From Podarcis bocagei (taxonomy: Eukaryota), in assembly GCA_964188305.1 (NCBI GenBank), contig OZ076886.1: 64,000 bases of DNA. One strand, 5' to 3'. Shown here piece after piece: positions 1 through 11,373 of this stretch (within the stretch, counting starts at the first letter, position 1; each line of letters begins with the position of its first letter). Made by a program: the position numbers and the translations under genes. The notes under the pieces were generated by a model, which saw only the letters and a program-made list of their open reading frames with translations, did not search any database and was not told the DNA's origin.

Positions 1-190
1 ACATCAGTAAGAGCTGTTCGACAGTGGAATGGACGCCAATGAGAGGTGGTGGACTCACCTTTCATGGATGTTTTTAAGTAGAGGTTGGATGGCCATCTGT
101 CATGTATGCTCTAGTTGAGATTCGTACATTACAGGGGGTTGGACTAGATGACCCCCGGGGTCCTTTCCAACTGTAAAGTTATATGATTCT
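1..190 (+). mobile_element. CR1 LINE 3' end (end of ORF2 plus 3' tail), cut by the window edge
   Basis: AVRQWN-like ORF2 end, then 'gggggttggactagatgacc...ccttccaact...atatgattct', the typical CR1 3' tail. Confidence 0.9.
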
Positions 191-3100
191 AACTATTAAT
201 AACTGTAAAAATCAACAACTGGTGATAAAAGATCCTTTGCTAGCCTGAGCTTGGGAGAAAGGGTGGATATAACTATATTAAATAATAATTTGTCACTAAG
301 AGAACATACACAATTCTGAATAACACATGCTCTCCTTTGTTAATAATTCAAACATCTTCCATATTATTTCACTAATGTTCCATGAAAAACTTCACTTTGT
401 CATTTTTAAAAACTCATTACCCTGGCATAATAAGAAAACATATTTGCTGAATAACTGCTAGAATAAAAATGAGGCAAATGCCATCTTTCTAGATTCTATC
501 CTTCCTTTTAGTCAACAGAGGGCAGCAGATACTTGTGCCAAGCATTTGTTTGGTTCCTGCAAACACCTCCAGGACATATGGCTCTCTGTGCCGCAGCATC
601 CTCAGAGATCATAAAAATCATAGCATTTGCGTACTGAGAAGAATAATGGGGGACAGACCCAGGTAAGACACGCTCTGACTTCAGTACATTACAGAACAGG
701 GACTGCCCATAGAACACCATTAATGTTTAAGATGTTAAGAGTTTGAGATTTCTAATAGAGAAAAGAGCACATGCTCGTTGTTAGACTGATGCACAGCTAT
801 CAAGAGAGACAGAAAAATCCAAACACCAGAATGAGTCAGTCACGGTGAGCAAGTTATACCACTTGCTGTGAGGATGCTCCTAGTCTACTTATTAACACAG
901 ACTATGCTGCTCGAACTTCTCATCTTTTCCTGGCATACCTGGTACATTTTGAGTGGACAAAAAGTGAAATTATGGTTACCAGTGTTAATGCCAATACCTC
1001 AGATCCACAAAGTATTTAGAAAGTAAGGCCTTTGGGGGCATATGAAGTCTGACAGAGCAATCCGAAACCCCCTCCCCTTGCACTGGGCTGGGGAGGGGGT
1101 TTGGATTGGGTGGAGGTGTCCCTCTGCCTAGCCCAGCATTTTGGGCTAAGCTGGCCTCCCTATGGCTCCCACCAACTGAGACAAGCATCACTCTTCCAGT
1201 ATGCCACAAATTGTGGGTGGAAGTGCCATTGGTGAGATGCCCATCAGTAGCAGCCAGTGGGAAGACATGAAGTGAGATGTTTCAGAGGTGGACCAGGGGT
1301 GCGGGTCAGCCAATCTGGGCCTGATCAATGTGCCAGCTTCAGGCTGGCATAGGAAACATGGAGCAACGTTTATATTGCACTCTTAACTTGAGAACAGGAT
1401 AGGATAGCCATTACCAGAGGACAAAAACGAAAACAAACCTCCCCAAAACATCTAGGCTTCACAGATTCTTTAGACAAGGCTAAACTCATCCAGGAAGAAT
1501 GAATATCTTTCGCAACACTGATTTTAAAGACCTAGCTACATTTATTTAACAAAGTAGTTGGGGGGGGGTCTAGTCCATTTCAAAATAAAAGTCTAAAACT
1601 GGGTAGTTGGATGGTGCCCTGCCACATCTACACTGCTTGTTCTGAGAAAAAGAGAAGGCAAAAGATTACAAAAGATTAACTAACCATTTCCAGAGGTGTG
1701 TGTTGTCAAAGACTAGAAACAATCAAGCTGGATGAAATCACACAAGTCCTCTATACTACATGGTTAAAGGGCAAGCATGGCCCCTTGACCTGGTGCCCTT
1801 GAGATATTGTTAGACTCCGGTACCCATCAGCCCCAGATAGTATGGATAATAGAGGGGGCTGATGGGAATTATAGTCTAAAATCTTTGGAGGGTAGCAACT
1901 TGAAAAAAAATCGGTGGAATCTACATACATATAAAAAATGTTCTGAAAATGCATTTTTAAAGCGTTTTTTAAAAATGCATTGAATTTTCCATAAGGCTCA
2001 CAATCACTATCAAGTGTCACATAGCTGAATCCTATCTGGCCAGATTTGTAGGAAGGTTAGAACTCCTCTCTGAATTTATGGGTGGAAAGGTGGGATAAAA
2101 ATGTAAATATAGAATGATTTATGACATAGCACAGACTGAATGTGGACAAAAACACTGCACATTGTCTTGGTAACCCCCGCCAAACTCTGCAGTAGACTGT
2201 CATTAATATAGAATATGGGGTGAAGAAACAAGTCCTAACATTGAGGAACAAAATAAACCCCAAATCGAGCAGGAATGACTTTGATTTTTAGTTTCTCTGC
2301 AAAACAACAAGAGGAACATAAGGAGACTAATAGAGCTTGTGATAAAGTCACTCCAGTAATAATAGAGAAAAATTAAATGTTTGCCAAAACTGTGCTGTGA
2401 CTACATGTCTGTGTTTTCGTAACAGAGACTCTGCAAAATAGCAGGGTAAACAGCCAAAAGTCTCCTGGAAAGATGAAAGACATATGGTGGTTTCACAAAG
2501 ATTTCCAGAGCTTAAGAGGGGAATAGTTTGGGTGTACGTGGGGTCACCAATGTGGCACATATAGGCACAATACCCCCTGATGCATCCTTTGCCGCTTGGC
2601 AAGGCCACCTGCTCCTCTCAATTTTTGACTGGGTGTGTGGAGGGGGAGTTGTGGAGTAGGATGCCTGTCTTTCTCTGTGCTTGGTTGTTTTAGTTGTGTG
2701 TAGCTGTGCTGGAGGATATTCTGAGCTTCACCAGTTTTTTATCTGTGCACCGGGGTATTTTGTGGTGCCCATAACAGTTTCTTTCACTTCCAAAGGTGCA
2801 TAGTCCAAAACTCACTCCTCCAACTCAAGAACCATTCTGCCAAATTGAGCAACAATATCTTCAGAGGCATCCAAATCTATTCAGCTTGGAACAGTTTGGT
2901 CTGCCATCTTGTTTCAAATTGACATCCAGCAGTTTCCAAACGTAGATGAAAACAAGCTCTTCCATCTTCAGAACCAGAGTGCCAAGTTTGGCCATGAAAG
3001 GTGGCCAATTGCTTAGAGAACAGATGGACAGAAAAACAGAGAACCCACTTTCCACAGTATATATTAGACTGGCAGAAAGCACCCTATGTTACCCAGGAAT

Positions 3101-3540
3101 TGTTAGAAGGCAAAACATACTGACATTTGGAAATTTAATGAAATATATGTGTGTGTGTATTTTCTAAGGCTGTACACAACCCCTCCATCTGATCCAGGTC
3201 TGGCCAGGATTTAACCCAGCTGCAGCTCCAAACCATTGTGGGAATCAACCCCAGGGCAGGAGTCAAAGAAGCAGCTGCACGCATGGAACAAGGCCTGCTT
3301 CCACAATGGGAGTTTCCCTCTTCTTCTCCTACACACACCCTAAATCTGTTCCGGAGGATTGGGGGGAATCTACCCCTAATGTTGTCAGCATTTAAAACCC
3401 CCAAAGTAAAACATACATCTGGAGAAGTAGGAAACACTGTCAGCCCTTGGATTCCCACTCATGATGCACTGACACAGCCTGCTTCTCTGTAGCATCTGCT
3501 TTGGAGAGCGCCAGGTCTCCTTCCTCCAGTGGGGTGTGGC

Positions 3541-3833
3541 CAGTGGCGAAGCTGCATGCTCGGGCACCGGGGGGGGGCAGAGGGCAGGCGGGGGTGTGGC
3601 TGGGATGCATCCTTGGGGGGGGGCGGCGCATATTCCGGGGGGGCGTGGCACGTTGCCCACTGTGATGTGCTGTGCGTCCCGGGGGTATGGCGCGCTGCCT
3701 GCTGGGGCATGGCACCCAGCACAGTGGGGGTACATGCAGTGCATTTGGGGGGCAGCTGTGATGGTACCTCCCTCCCTGATGGTGCTGGGGGCGGTGCACT
3801 CCCCCTACCCCCCCCCCCGTTCCTCTACCAGTG
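3541..3833 (+). mobile_element. GC-rich non-autonomous hAT DNA transposon (MITE)
   Basis: Imperfect termini CAGTGGCGAAG / CTCTACCAGTG; perfect 8-bp TSD GGTGTGGC at 3533-3540 and 3834-3841; homologous to the opposite-strand copy at 31316-31560. Confidence 0.9.
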
Positions 3834-4153
3834 GGTGTGGCAGTTGCAATATCTTCAGAGATGTCCAAATCAGTGTAGTCTTGGCGGGTTCGGTCTGCCA
3901 TCTTGATTCGAAATGCCATCCAATTGTATCCAAACATAGCCCTATACCCATTCCTCCATCTCAGGAAATGTCACAGCAAACTGGGCCATGGTATCCTCAA
4001 AGGCATTTCGAAGCCCAGCAGAGATTTGGTTCTCATATCGTTTCTGAAAGTGCAAATCAGGTTGGTTTGCCTTTAAATACGAACTGAATTTAAATTCTCC
4101 CTCATTCCTACTGTCTCAAATTCTGTGTAAACGTACCTGGGCAATCCCACTGA

Positions 4154-4539
4154 CATACCCTCCAACATTTCTCCAAAGGAAATAGGGACGTCCTATTCCA
4201 TAAAATAATGTTACTATTTACACCCCACCCATTTGACTCGGTTGTCCCAGCCACTCTGGGCAGCTTCCAATATATATAAAAACACAATAAAACATTTTAA
4301 ACCTCTTCCCTATACAGGTACAGGGCTGGCTTCAGATAGCCCGGGGATTGGATAACTCCATACCCTCCAATATTTATCCGATGAAAATAGGGATGTCCTA
4401 TGATACCCTCCAATATTTCCCTGAAGAAAATAGGGACATCCTAAGGAAATGTGGGGCATTCCAGGATCAAATCAGAAACCGGGACAGCTTCTGTTAATCC
4501 AGGACTGTCCCTGGAAAACAGGGACACTTGGAGGGTCTG
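4154..4539 (+). mobile_element. Composite hAT-like MITE with a triplicated left end, inside a short palindromic repeat
   Basis: TIR CATACCCTCCAA / TTGGAGGGTCTG; ~42-bp left-end unit recurs at 4154, 4359 and 4402; TSD only partial (cactga/cattga). Confidence 0.75.
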
Positions 4540-5455
4540 CATTGAACACAGTGATATTTACTTCTGAGTAAGCATGCACAGGATCCGGCTATGAGTCCCT
4601 TGAAGCATTTTGACTCTTGGGTTTCCAGACTTCCTCTCAGTGGGGTGTTACTCCCTTTGGTCAAACAGATTGCTTGTGACAAAATATTAGTGTTGCTTTA
4701 TTAGCATCTCTCTCATTAAGACTTCTTTCCATTGTTCACTTTGCTGACAAGCTGCCTAGAATTCCCAGTTCTTCCTGTTAGAAATATGAAAACTATGTTC
4801 TCTTGAAAACAATGCTGCTCTAATAACATATTTTATGGACTGTGCAATGCAGCTTGCTTATAACTAGCTATTGAAAGCCATGACAGTTTCTCTCTAAACT
4901 GAGCTCATGCATTGCTTATACTAGTTCCAAAAGAACGCAGTTGTTACTGACTGTCTGGCTTAATTTTATGCACAAAGTATGTGTGCAGCAACAAAATCTG
5001 TGTCTCCTTACTGAGAGTCTGCTCACAAATAAGCGATTGTTTCATGATAATTTCAGACTCGGCTGCCTGGAAAAGATCTGTTTTCTAGGGATGAGTTTAG
5101 TAATCTCAGCTGCCCAAGAACAGGGTCCAACCACCAGCAAATTATGTGAAGGAGGCTGCAATAGGAAAATTAGATCCATACTGGATGAAGCATGGAACAT
5201 TCTGCCCATTTTTGCTGAAGAGACCAATTGTCACACCTGTCAGTTTGAGCTTGCAAATTCCATTGATTTTTACTGTTTTTCTCTTCGGCACTCTATTTTC
5301 TGATAATGTTTTGAAATCGCATATAATGAAGTAGTCAGCAAATGGCCAAATGCATGCATTTTTTAAATGCAAAAATTGTCATACTTAAGTCTGAAACAAA
5401 TATATGACAAAGCTCCAAAGACCTTCTCCAGATCTTTCAGGCCCACGTTCTTATA

Positions 5456-5592
5456 GTAGGTGGGGAACTTCTGGCCCTCTGGATGATCCTGGGTTATGAC
5501 TCCCATCATCCTTGACCATTGGGCATGTTGGCTGGGGCTGGTGGGAATTGGAGTCCAGCAACATCTAGAGAACCACAGGTTCCCCACTCCTG
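5456..5592. mobile_element. Short palindromic hAT-Charlie-like MITE (~130 bp family)
   Basis: ggggaac..ggccctctggatg...actcccatc...gggaattggagtccagcaacatctagag...gttccccactcctg; same family as 13681, 16828, 27392, 34513 and 50215. Confidence 0.75.
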
Positions 5593-5619
5593 CAGTATAA
5601 AGGTGCATGGTTTGTTTAC

Positions 5620-6210
5620 TTGCCTACATGTATGTGAATAGTACACATCAATGTGCATGATGCTTTGTGGAGTGAGGTAAACAAAATGAGTTTATAATCT
5701 GATTTTTGACAGAGGGTGAGATAACAGAGGGAGAGGAAGAGAGGAAGATAGAGGGGGAAATATGCACAGATGCCATCACATATAGGCTTAGTTGAAACAA
5801 GGACAAACAGGTTAAGCCACAGGATTTCTAGAAAAGGTGGGATTAAAGGAAGCCCAAGACATGACAAGAAGTGTTCCATTGGAGAGTTCAAAGCATAAAT
5901 GCTTCAAAGCAGGATGGGCAAAGTTTTGTAAGAGGAAACAGAAGCCCTTGTGGCTGCTATCAGGGTTGGTGGAGTGAAGGTGCAGAGACTGGGCTCTCAG
6001 GATATGAAGGCAGAGAGACAAGCAAAGGTCGTGTCCAAGGAAAGTAAGGACCAGGTTCCTGCACTGGACACAGGAGCAGATAGGAAGCCAGTGCTGGGGT
6101 TTAAGGGCAAGCATCTCCCAGTCTGAGTAATGAGAGAAGTGGCTGATTTTGGCAGAAGAGTCCTAGATACCAGTGAGAAGACAGAGTCAAGAGTAGAGTG
6201 ACCATGTGAA
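5620..6210 (-). mobile_element. Degenerate L2 LINE 3' fragment
   Basis: Minus-strand translation contains HWLPI...NLVLTF, resembling the L2 ORF2 C-terminal HWLPI..RI.FK motif; boundaries approximate. Confidence 0.65.
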
Positions 6211-6219
6211 AAAGAGCAC

Positions 6220-6340
6220 AGGGCCCCTACACCTTTCACAGTTGTGTGGAAGGGGGAGTTTCAGCAGGTGTAGGTTGTCATGTAATTGACAGCTGCACTT
6301 GCGGAAATTTCATCTTCTACCCTAGGTAAGAGACCTCTGT
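6220..6340. mobile_element. Short palindromic MITE-like repeat
   Basis: gaagggggagtttcagcaggtgtaggttgtca ... tgacagctgcacttgcggaaatttcatcttc form inverted arms. Confidence 0.55.
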
Positions 6341-6661
6341 GGCCATTATCTGGCCAATTCCCTTTGCACATTTTTCAGACTGTAAGCAGAGAAATGCGAC
6401 ATCAGATGGAGCCCTCCCTCGCCATTCATTGAAACAAAGAAGCTACTGTTTGCAGTTACAAAGCAGCGGCCCCATCCCGAAACCTTTCTTCTAGGTCAGT
6501 CTGCAATAATAACTCAACAGCAAAGTGTAAACGGGAGAACACTTACCCTGTGAACAGTTGGAGGCTGTCTTAGTCATTCCTTGATGCAGAACACTATGTT
6601 TCTTCTTATATTTTATCTCCATGCTGAATAATTCTCTTAAATTACATGTGCTATTCATCTA

Positions 6662-6840
6662 ACAGTAAAAGTAACAAAGAGCGACACCTTAAAGACTTAT
6701 CAGATTTATTATGGCATAATTTTTCATGGACCAGAGTCCTTATCTGATGACAGTGAAGATGAAGTGGACTCTGATGCACAAGAGCTTCTTCCATAACAAA
6801 TCTTCTTAGTCTTTAAAGTGACACTCTTTGTTGTTTCTTC
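6662..6840. mobile_element. Penelope-like element remnant with inverted pseudo-LTR arms
   Basis: Nested inverted arms aacaaagag/ctctttgtt, accttaaagact/agtctttaaagt, agatttattatgg/ccataacaaatct, cagagtcc/ggactctg; internal CTGATGA at 6744-6750. Confidence 0.7.
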
Positions 6841-7418
6841 AGCTCCTCCTGGAAATTGTGCTGCTGTTGTTTCCATAAAAACTTAAGAACGGCCCTGCTG
6901 AATCTGACTGAGGGCACATCTAGGCCAGCCTTTCCCAACCTGATTCCTTCAAGATGTTTCAAACTACAACTTTGGATACCTAGATCATATTGCCCTTACT
7001 CATGTTGAAGGTGGTCTACTACCTGCTTCTCCAATCAAATTTTCCTCAAAAACCATTCCCGTATCAAGAAGCAATCATCTAATCATTTAGTTCCCATGGC
7101 AACACACCACCTGAAGTTTACCTAAGAAAAGGACCTGCCTGCCCAGCAGATTTACCAGCCTGCCATCAAGTTCTATAATTTCAGCAGTATACTGCCATTG
7201 ATACAGGTTTGTGCTTGTGTGGATGATGGGTTGTGTTGGCAAAGGGATCAGAATGAATGTTCATTACATAGCCAGTGCCGTCTAAGCACCCTGCAAATAA
7301 ACAAATAAATTCAAGAACAATGCTCAATTAATTGGTCATCTGGAAGCGCCACCTGTGTTGGGGATGGAGTGAAAAACTCAGTTGTGCTCTGGTCTGCACA
7401 CTTGAGTAATGCACAGGC

Positions 7419-7584
7419 CATAGCTGTCAACCTTCCCTTTTTTCTGCGGGAAATTTCCTTATTCCAGCGCTGTTTCCCGCTGCTTCCTGCTGCTATCCCA
7501 GATTGTTAGATATCCCTTAGACTGTCCCTGGGACAGGTGAGGCTGCTGATCCCTTATTTTCAAATCTGAAAGCTGACAGCTACG
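7419..7584 (+). mobile_element. Non-autonomous hAT MITE
   Basis: TIR CATAGCTGTCAAC / GCTGACAGCTACG (11/13); perfect 8-bp TSD GCACAGGC at 7411-7418 and 7585-7592. Confidence 0.9.
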
Positions 7585-8504
7585 GCACAGGCCTCTAGAC
7601 CATTGGCAATGCAGCTTTCCAACTTTCTTGCTTTCAGATCAGCTTCTTTTGCCTCTGTAGTAGAGGCCGTGTACAACATTCCATGTCCTGGCTCCTCTGA
7701 TACAGTGCTTAAACTCCCCTTTCCAGCCTCTTAGGCAATCAGAACCCAAGACTGTGCAGCGTTCCTGATCACTGGGATAATTTTCATTGTGCAGGAAAAG
7801 CACTGTTGCACTCAGGTCCTGCTTTCAGACTGACCGTAGGCATCTGGTTGGCTACTGTGAGAACAAGATGCTGGCACTGGGCTGATCCAGCAGACACTTC
7901 CAATATTCTTATGTTAACCTACCGGGGTTCTCGAAAGCTGCTCTTCTAGCCTGCTAGCAAGATGCATTAACAATCTATCTTGCAACCCATATCAAAGTGC
8001 AAAAAGTTAAAAACGAGAAATAGTACAAGTGCAAATTCTGTTGGGGAAAGTCTTAGTGAGCTTAGGAACATAAGAAGTTGCCTTATACTGAGTCCACACA
8101 GAAAGCACCCACATTCCCTTGAATTTTTTTCCCCAGATGGGAAGAGAACACTGTGAAATATGGTCACTGAATATTACTGTTAATCTTGGCTTCATTATGC
8201 TCTGCAGTTGCTACCTTGTTTGCCTCATCACAGGCTTAATCTAGGCGTGGGGGTGGGGAGTTGTCAGAGCACATGTTTATTCTTTGTTAGTAGGTTTCTG
8301 TTGATTATAAGGTGTGTGTTTGTTTTTTTAAAAAGCAAGTAGAACAACTGCTCTTGAAATACACTATTATCACAATTTAATCTTGAGTACATCTAAGAGC
8401 AAGCCTTTGAACCTTGCTATGAATTGTTCCCTGGCTATGGTTGTTCCCATTTTACAGACTGGGAGCAAGGGGCCTATTAACATTAGGTGGGTACCCTCAG
8501 AACA

Positions 8505-8900
8505 CTGTTTTATTGACTCCCCTATGAGGAAGCGTTACAGCATCTGGTGCCTTTTAGTTTAGAAAAATAGCAAGCGGAAGCAGGCATGACAGAAATACAT
8601 AAAATTATTCTTGGTGCGGAGAAAGCAGATAAGGAAATATTTTTTTCTCCCTCTGTCTCATCACACTAGAATCCAAGGCCACCCAATGAAGCTGCATGTT
8701 GGAAGACTCAGGACAGATAAAAGAAAGTGCTTCTTAACACAGTGCGTGATTAACCTATGGAACTCACTGCCACAGGAGGCAGAGATGGACACCAGCTTGG
8801 ATGACTTTAAAAGAAAATTAGGACAATTGCATGGAGGATCAGTGTATCAATGGCTACTAGACAGTTTGGCTATGTTCTACCTCTACTCTCTTCTTATGCT
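8505..8900 (+). mobile_element. CR1 LINE ORF2 C-terminal fragment, 5'-truncated and frameshifted
   Basis: ORF 8611-9006 contains TRIQGHPMKL...RTDKRKCFLTQCVINLWNSLPQE...LDDFKRKL, the CR1 ORF2 tail motifs (TRGH..KL, WN.LP). Confidence 0.9.
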
Positions 8901-9176
8901 CTTAGACACCCAAGACAAACATTATTTCAACAAGCCTATCCTAACACATACTTCAGTTATGCATGCTTGTTTTCAACATTTGCTGATTTTTATTTGCATA
9001 TTATAATTGTTACACACTGTTTTGTGTACACAACTTAGAGGTGTCTTTTAAATTTGTTAAGTTGATTATACATCCCGCCCCCAGCAAATACATACCAATA
9101 AATAAACAGACACCCCCATGTTCAAGACTATCCGCAGAAACCGCCATGGCTATTTTTCACAGGGCATTAACAAATA

Positions 9177-9179
<3 letters not shown>

Positions 9180-9227
<48 letters not shown>
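9180..9227. repeat. (AC)24 microsatellite at the upstream edge of the CpG island
   Basis: Read directly. Confidence 0.98.
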
Positions 9228-9229
<2 letters not shown>

Positions 9230-9287
9230 TCTCCCTGCCGCTTGCACACTGGATGCATCGCCTGCCACCCGCGCAGTCCCATTTCCA

Positions 9288-9301
9288 CCAGCAGGTGGCA
9301 G
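9288..9301 (+). promoter_or_regulatory. CTCF core motif
   Basis: CCAGCAGGTGGCAG fits CCASYAGRKGGCRS exactly; binding not demonstrated. Confidence 0.6.
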
Positions 9302-9399
9302 AAGGCAGCATCCCGTTTTCTCCCGGCAGTGAAACAAACCCAGCCCAATGGTGCTATTCCACCACCCCCCCGCCGCCGCCGCTTCCCTCCTTCTCTCCC

Positions 9400-9510
9400 C
9401 CCACTCCCGTTTTCGCCTTTCATCCCAATTTGCAGCCGGCGCTGTCTTCGCGAAAACTCCTCCCGCTGCACCTGAAAGAGGCTCCTATTGACAAACTTGG
9501 CTGGAACGAG
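9400..9510 (+). other. ABLIM3: Candidate non-coding first exon (5' boundary unknown)
   Basis: Good donor GAG|GTGAGC at 9510/9511 inside the CpG island, upstream of the acceptor at 10079/10080. Confidence 0.4.
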
Positions 9511-10079
9511 GTGAGCGCTGGGCGGGGCTCTTCGCGGGGAGATTCGAGGCTCATTCAGCTCTACTGAAACGGGGGGGGGGGAGACTGAGGAAGAGGCTCA
9601 GCTCGCTCGTTTGATAAGCAAGCTGCGTGCATCTAGACGCGCCCCCCCCCCGCCCTCCACTCCCCGTCCTTCCCGGATCCACACCCCCCTGGAGCCGTAG
9701 GAAGAGCTGGAGCTGGCATCGGGCTGCGCGCTGCCTGACAGCCCCAGCGCCAGAAGGCGAGCCTGGCGCGGGAGACGCCGCGTCCACACGAAGGGTGGAT
9801 CGGTGGGGGGAAGACCGGCTGGGGGGCAGAGCGAGGGCGGGAAGGCACCTGGTCCGGGCTGATTCTTAGGCTGCTGCTTTTATCCTCTCTCTCGCTCCCT
9901 TTTTTTAACCCCACCCCTGACCTTATTATCTGCCCGTCCAAGATTAAGCGCAAAGACAGAAGCCCAGAGAGAGAGAGAGAGAATAGCCCGGGCGATCAAG
10001 GAGACACCTGCGGATGGACAGGAATCAAACGGAAATAATACGTATATTTCTCTAGGGAAGGTTTTTTTTTCTCCTTTAG

Positions 10080-10213
10080 GATTCCCCCCCCCCTTTCTAT
10101 AAAAAAGACTCGCTTCCACGAAAAGGAGGAGGGGGCAGCGGAAGGCACCGGAGAGAATTTAAAGGACAGTTTTCCCTCCCTTTGTTGAATGAGAAGAACG
10201 GGGCCGGATCATC
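10080..10213 (+). other. ABLIM3: 5' UTR part of the start-codon exon
   Basis: Polypyrimidine acceptor gtttttttttctcctttag|g ending at 10079; an alternative AG lies at 10054-10055. Confidence 0.5.
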
Positions 10214-10226
10214 ATGAGCACCAGCA
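10214..10226 (+). CDS. ABLIM3: First coding segment (13 nt, M-S-T-S plus 1 nt) of actin-binding LIM protein 3
   Basis: atcATGAGCACCAGCA|GTAAGT: A at -3, consensus donor, phase 1, at the 3' end of a CpG island. Matches the recalled ABLIM3 layout (MNTS|IPYQQ, 13 coding nt then a very long intron). The identity rests on only four codons plus exon structure. Confidence 0.72.
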
Positions 10227-11373
10227 GTAAGTACCAGACTCCTTTGCTTTGCTGGGGGTGGAACCGCGGTTTCTTTTTGCATTGGGACCAGAATGTCAGA
10301 GGCAGCAAGAAGAACGTGGCAGCTGATCGGCTTAAGGTCTCTTTTCCTCCTTTGGTTCTCTCTTATCCCCCCTCCCCCTTTCTTTCTTTTTAAATGGGGA
10401 CAACCTGAGTCCGTTGGCCCCCTTTCCCCCTTCCACATCTGTATTTTCTGACAGCTGGGCTTCAACGGTATTGTCTCTGTGTGCTCTGTGGTTGGAAAGC
10501 CCTCTGCAGCCCCTCGTTCTACTCCAGTGTGTAGTCTACTCACTCTTGCCTTCAGCCTGTGCCACCCTGTGTGTAGACACGGTGTCAGCAGGATCCCATC
10601 AGCGGGTGTCCCAGGGCAGAGTTCAAAGAGAGAGGCATTGGGGAATGTGTGTGTTGTGTCTCTCTCTCTCTGTGTGTGTGTTTGCATATTGATGGGGGTA
10701 CCAAGCCTTGACCTCTCCTCATACTATTCTATACTGGACACTAGCATGTGTCCATATAAAATAAAGCATATAAAATAAAGAGAGCTATCATCAACCAAGG
10801 CACCACATCTGGATTTCTTAAATAAGTGGAAACAGGCAGATAGGTATATAGTGGGTACAGACAGGTGCCCATTTTATGTCACAGCAGAGCGATTGGCAAT
10901 TTCAAGCTGCTGTCTCGCTCTCTCATTTTGTCATTCCCTTATTACTCTGTGTGCTGCTGTTGTTGTCCTCCCACCCCCCAACAACATACGCATCTACTTT
11001 GTTGGCGAGGGTTTTGCCCCTTCCATTAAAGGGAAGCTAGCCCAAGCTACCTTTATAGCTTACGCATCATGCCGCTTCGGGGAGAGCCCGGCGCTCATTG
11101 GTAGAGACACACACTTTGCACGCAGGAGGTCCCAAGATAACATCTCAGGATCTGGAAGAGCAAGGCTGGGGGAGATGAGGACCTCTGGCTTGGGACGCCG
11201 CTGCCTGTCAAGGAAGATAATGCTGAGCTGGGGGAAGCATAAGGCAGCTTATGTGATAGAGGGCAGTTCAGTTTGTGGTAGTCTCCTTGGAATTTGACTT
11301 TGAATGACAAATAGCATCTTTGCACACGTAGCGAATGGGGTTCTCATCAAACAGGGCAGCAGCCAGTGGATCT

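Larger units (their letters stand above)
9230..10270 (+). promoter_or_regulatory. CpG-island promoter of the ABLIM3-like gene
   Basis: Sharp rise in GC and CpG density against a CpG-depleted background, not explained by a TE; GC boxes at ~9520 and ~9647, CCAAT at ~9345, TATAAAA at 10098-10104. Confidence 0.85.

Noticed and set aside
508-720. Minus-strand ORF as an exon of an upstream neighbouring gene
   Set aside because: No recognisable homology and no convincing splice context.
3385-4087. Stack of 87-183 aa ORFs on both strands
   Set aside because: Caused by the stop-poor, GC-rich hAT MITE 3541-3833; low-complexity Pro/Gly translations with no domain.
7000-7130. Possible Penelope RT fragment (KTIPYQEAI-like)
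   Set aside because: Similarity is too weak to support without a profile search.
8611-9006. 131-aa ORF as a host gene
   Set aside because: It is the CR1 ORF2 C-terminus, truncated and frameshifted.
10214-10226. EPN1 (MSTSS...) or HOMER3 (MSTAR...) as the gene identity
   Set aside because: As I recall, EPN1 continues the ENTH domain in the same exon and HOMER3 has a different residue 4 and intron phase. The 13-nt phase-1 pattern fits ABLIM3 better.
10097-10687. 196-aa minus-strand ORF, plus other ORFs across 9041-9953
   Set aside because: By-products of CpG-island composition and microsatellites; no recognisable protein features.
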